64,000 nucleotides of DNA, from assembly GCA_040954595.2 (NCBI GenBank), contig CM082588.2:546613-610612 (forward strand). Reading direction: 5' to 3'. The translations under genes were made by a program, and so were the position numbers. Shown one piece after another: positions 63,954 to 64,000 of the stretch. The stretch's first letter is position 1, and each line of letters starts with the position of its first letter. The notes below the pieces were generated by a model. That model saw only the letters and a program-made list of their open reading frames with translations. It was not told the DNA's origin and searched no databases. Source of the stretch: Balanoglossus misakiensis (Eukaryota; Animalia; Hemichordata).

Positions 63954-64000
63954 CTACAATACAAAATGTTGACATATTTAATGTCAAATTATTATTATTC

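Overview
Eukaryotic, AT-rich genomic DNA with GT-AG spliced genes; gene content suggests an invertebrate deuterostome such as a hemichordate or echinoderm (inference only). Layout: (1) 1-8942, ~101 copies of an 88-bp palindrome- and CpG-rich satellite with higher-order structure; (2) 10284-15613 (-), a 10-exon, ~536-aa atypical Rab32/38/29-like GTPase with an N-terminal MGAGCG acylation motif, DLPGRE in place of DxAGQE, a large acidic G4-G5 insert, a helical C-terminal extension and no prenylation motif; (3) ~16.6-42.7 kb (+), PRDM1/Blimp1 with three candidate alternative first exons and only four zinc fingers; (4) 44911-47017 (+), a RING + 2 AT-hook + C2H2-array gene whose RING exon is missed by the ORF track; (5) 49164-50588 (+), an intronless 6-finger C2H2 ORF; (6) 55671-62546 (-), 21-exon ECT2L; (7) 63046-63953 (-), the last three exons of QRSL1/GatA. 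Exon structures were assembled by hand from splice signals and phase compatibility; no database searches were run.
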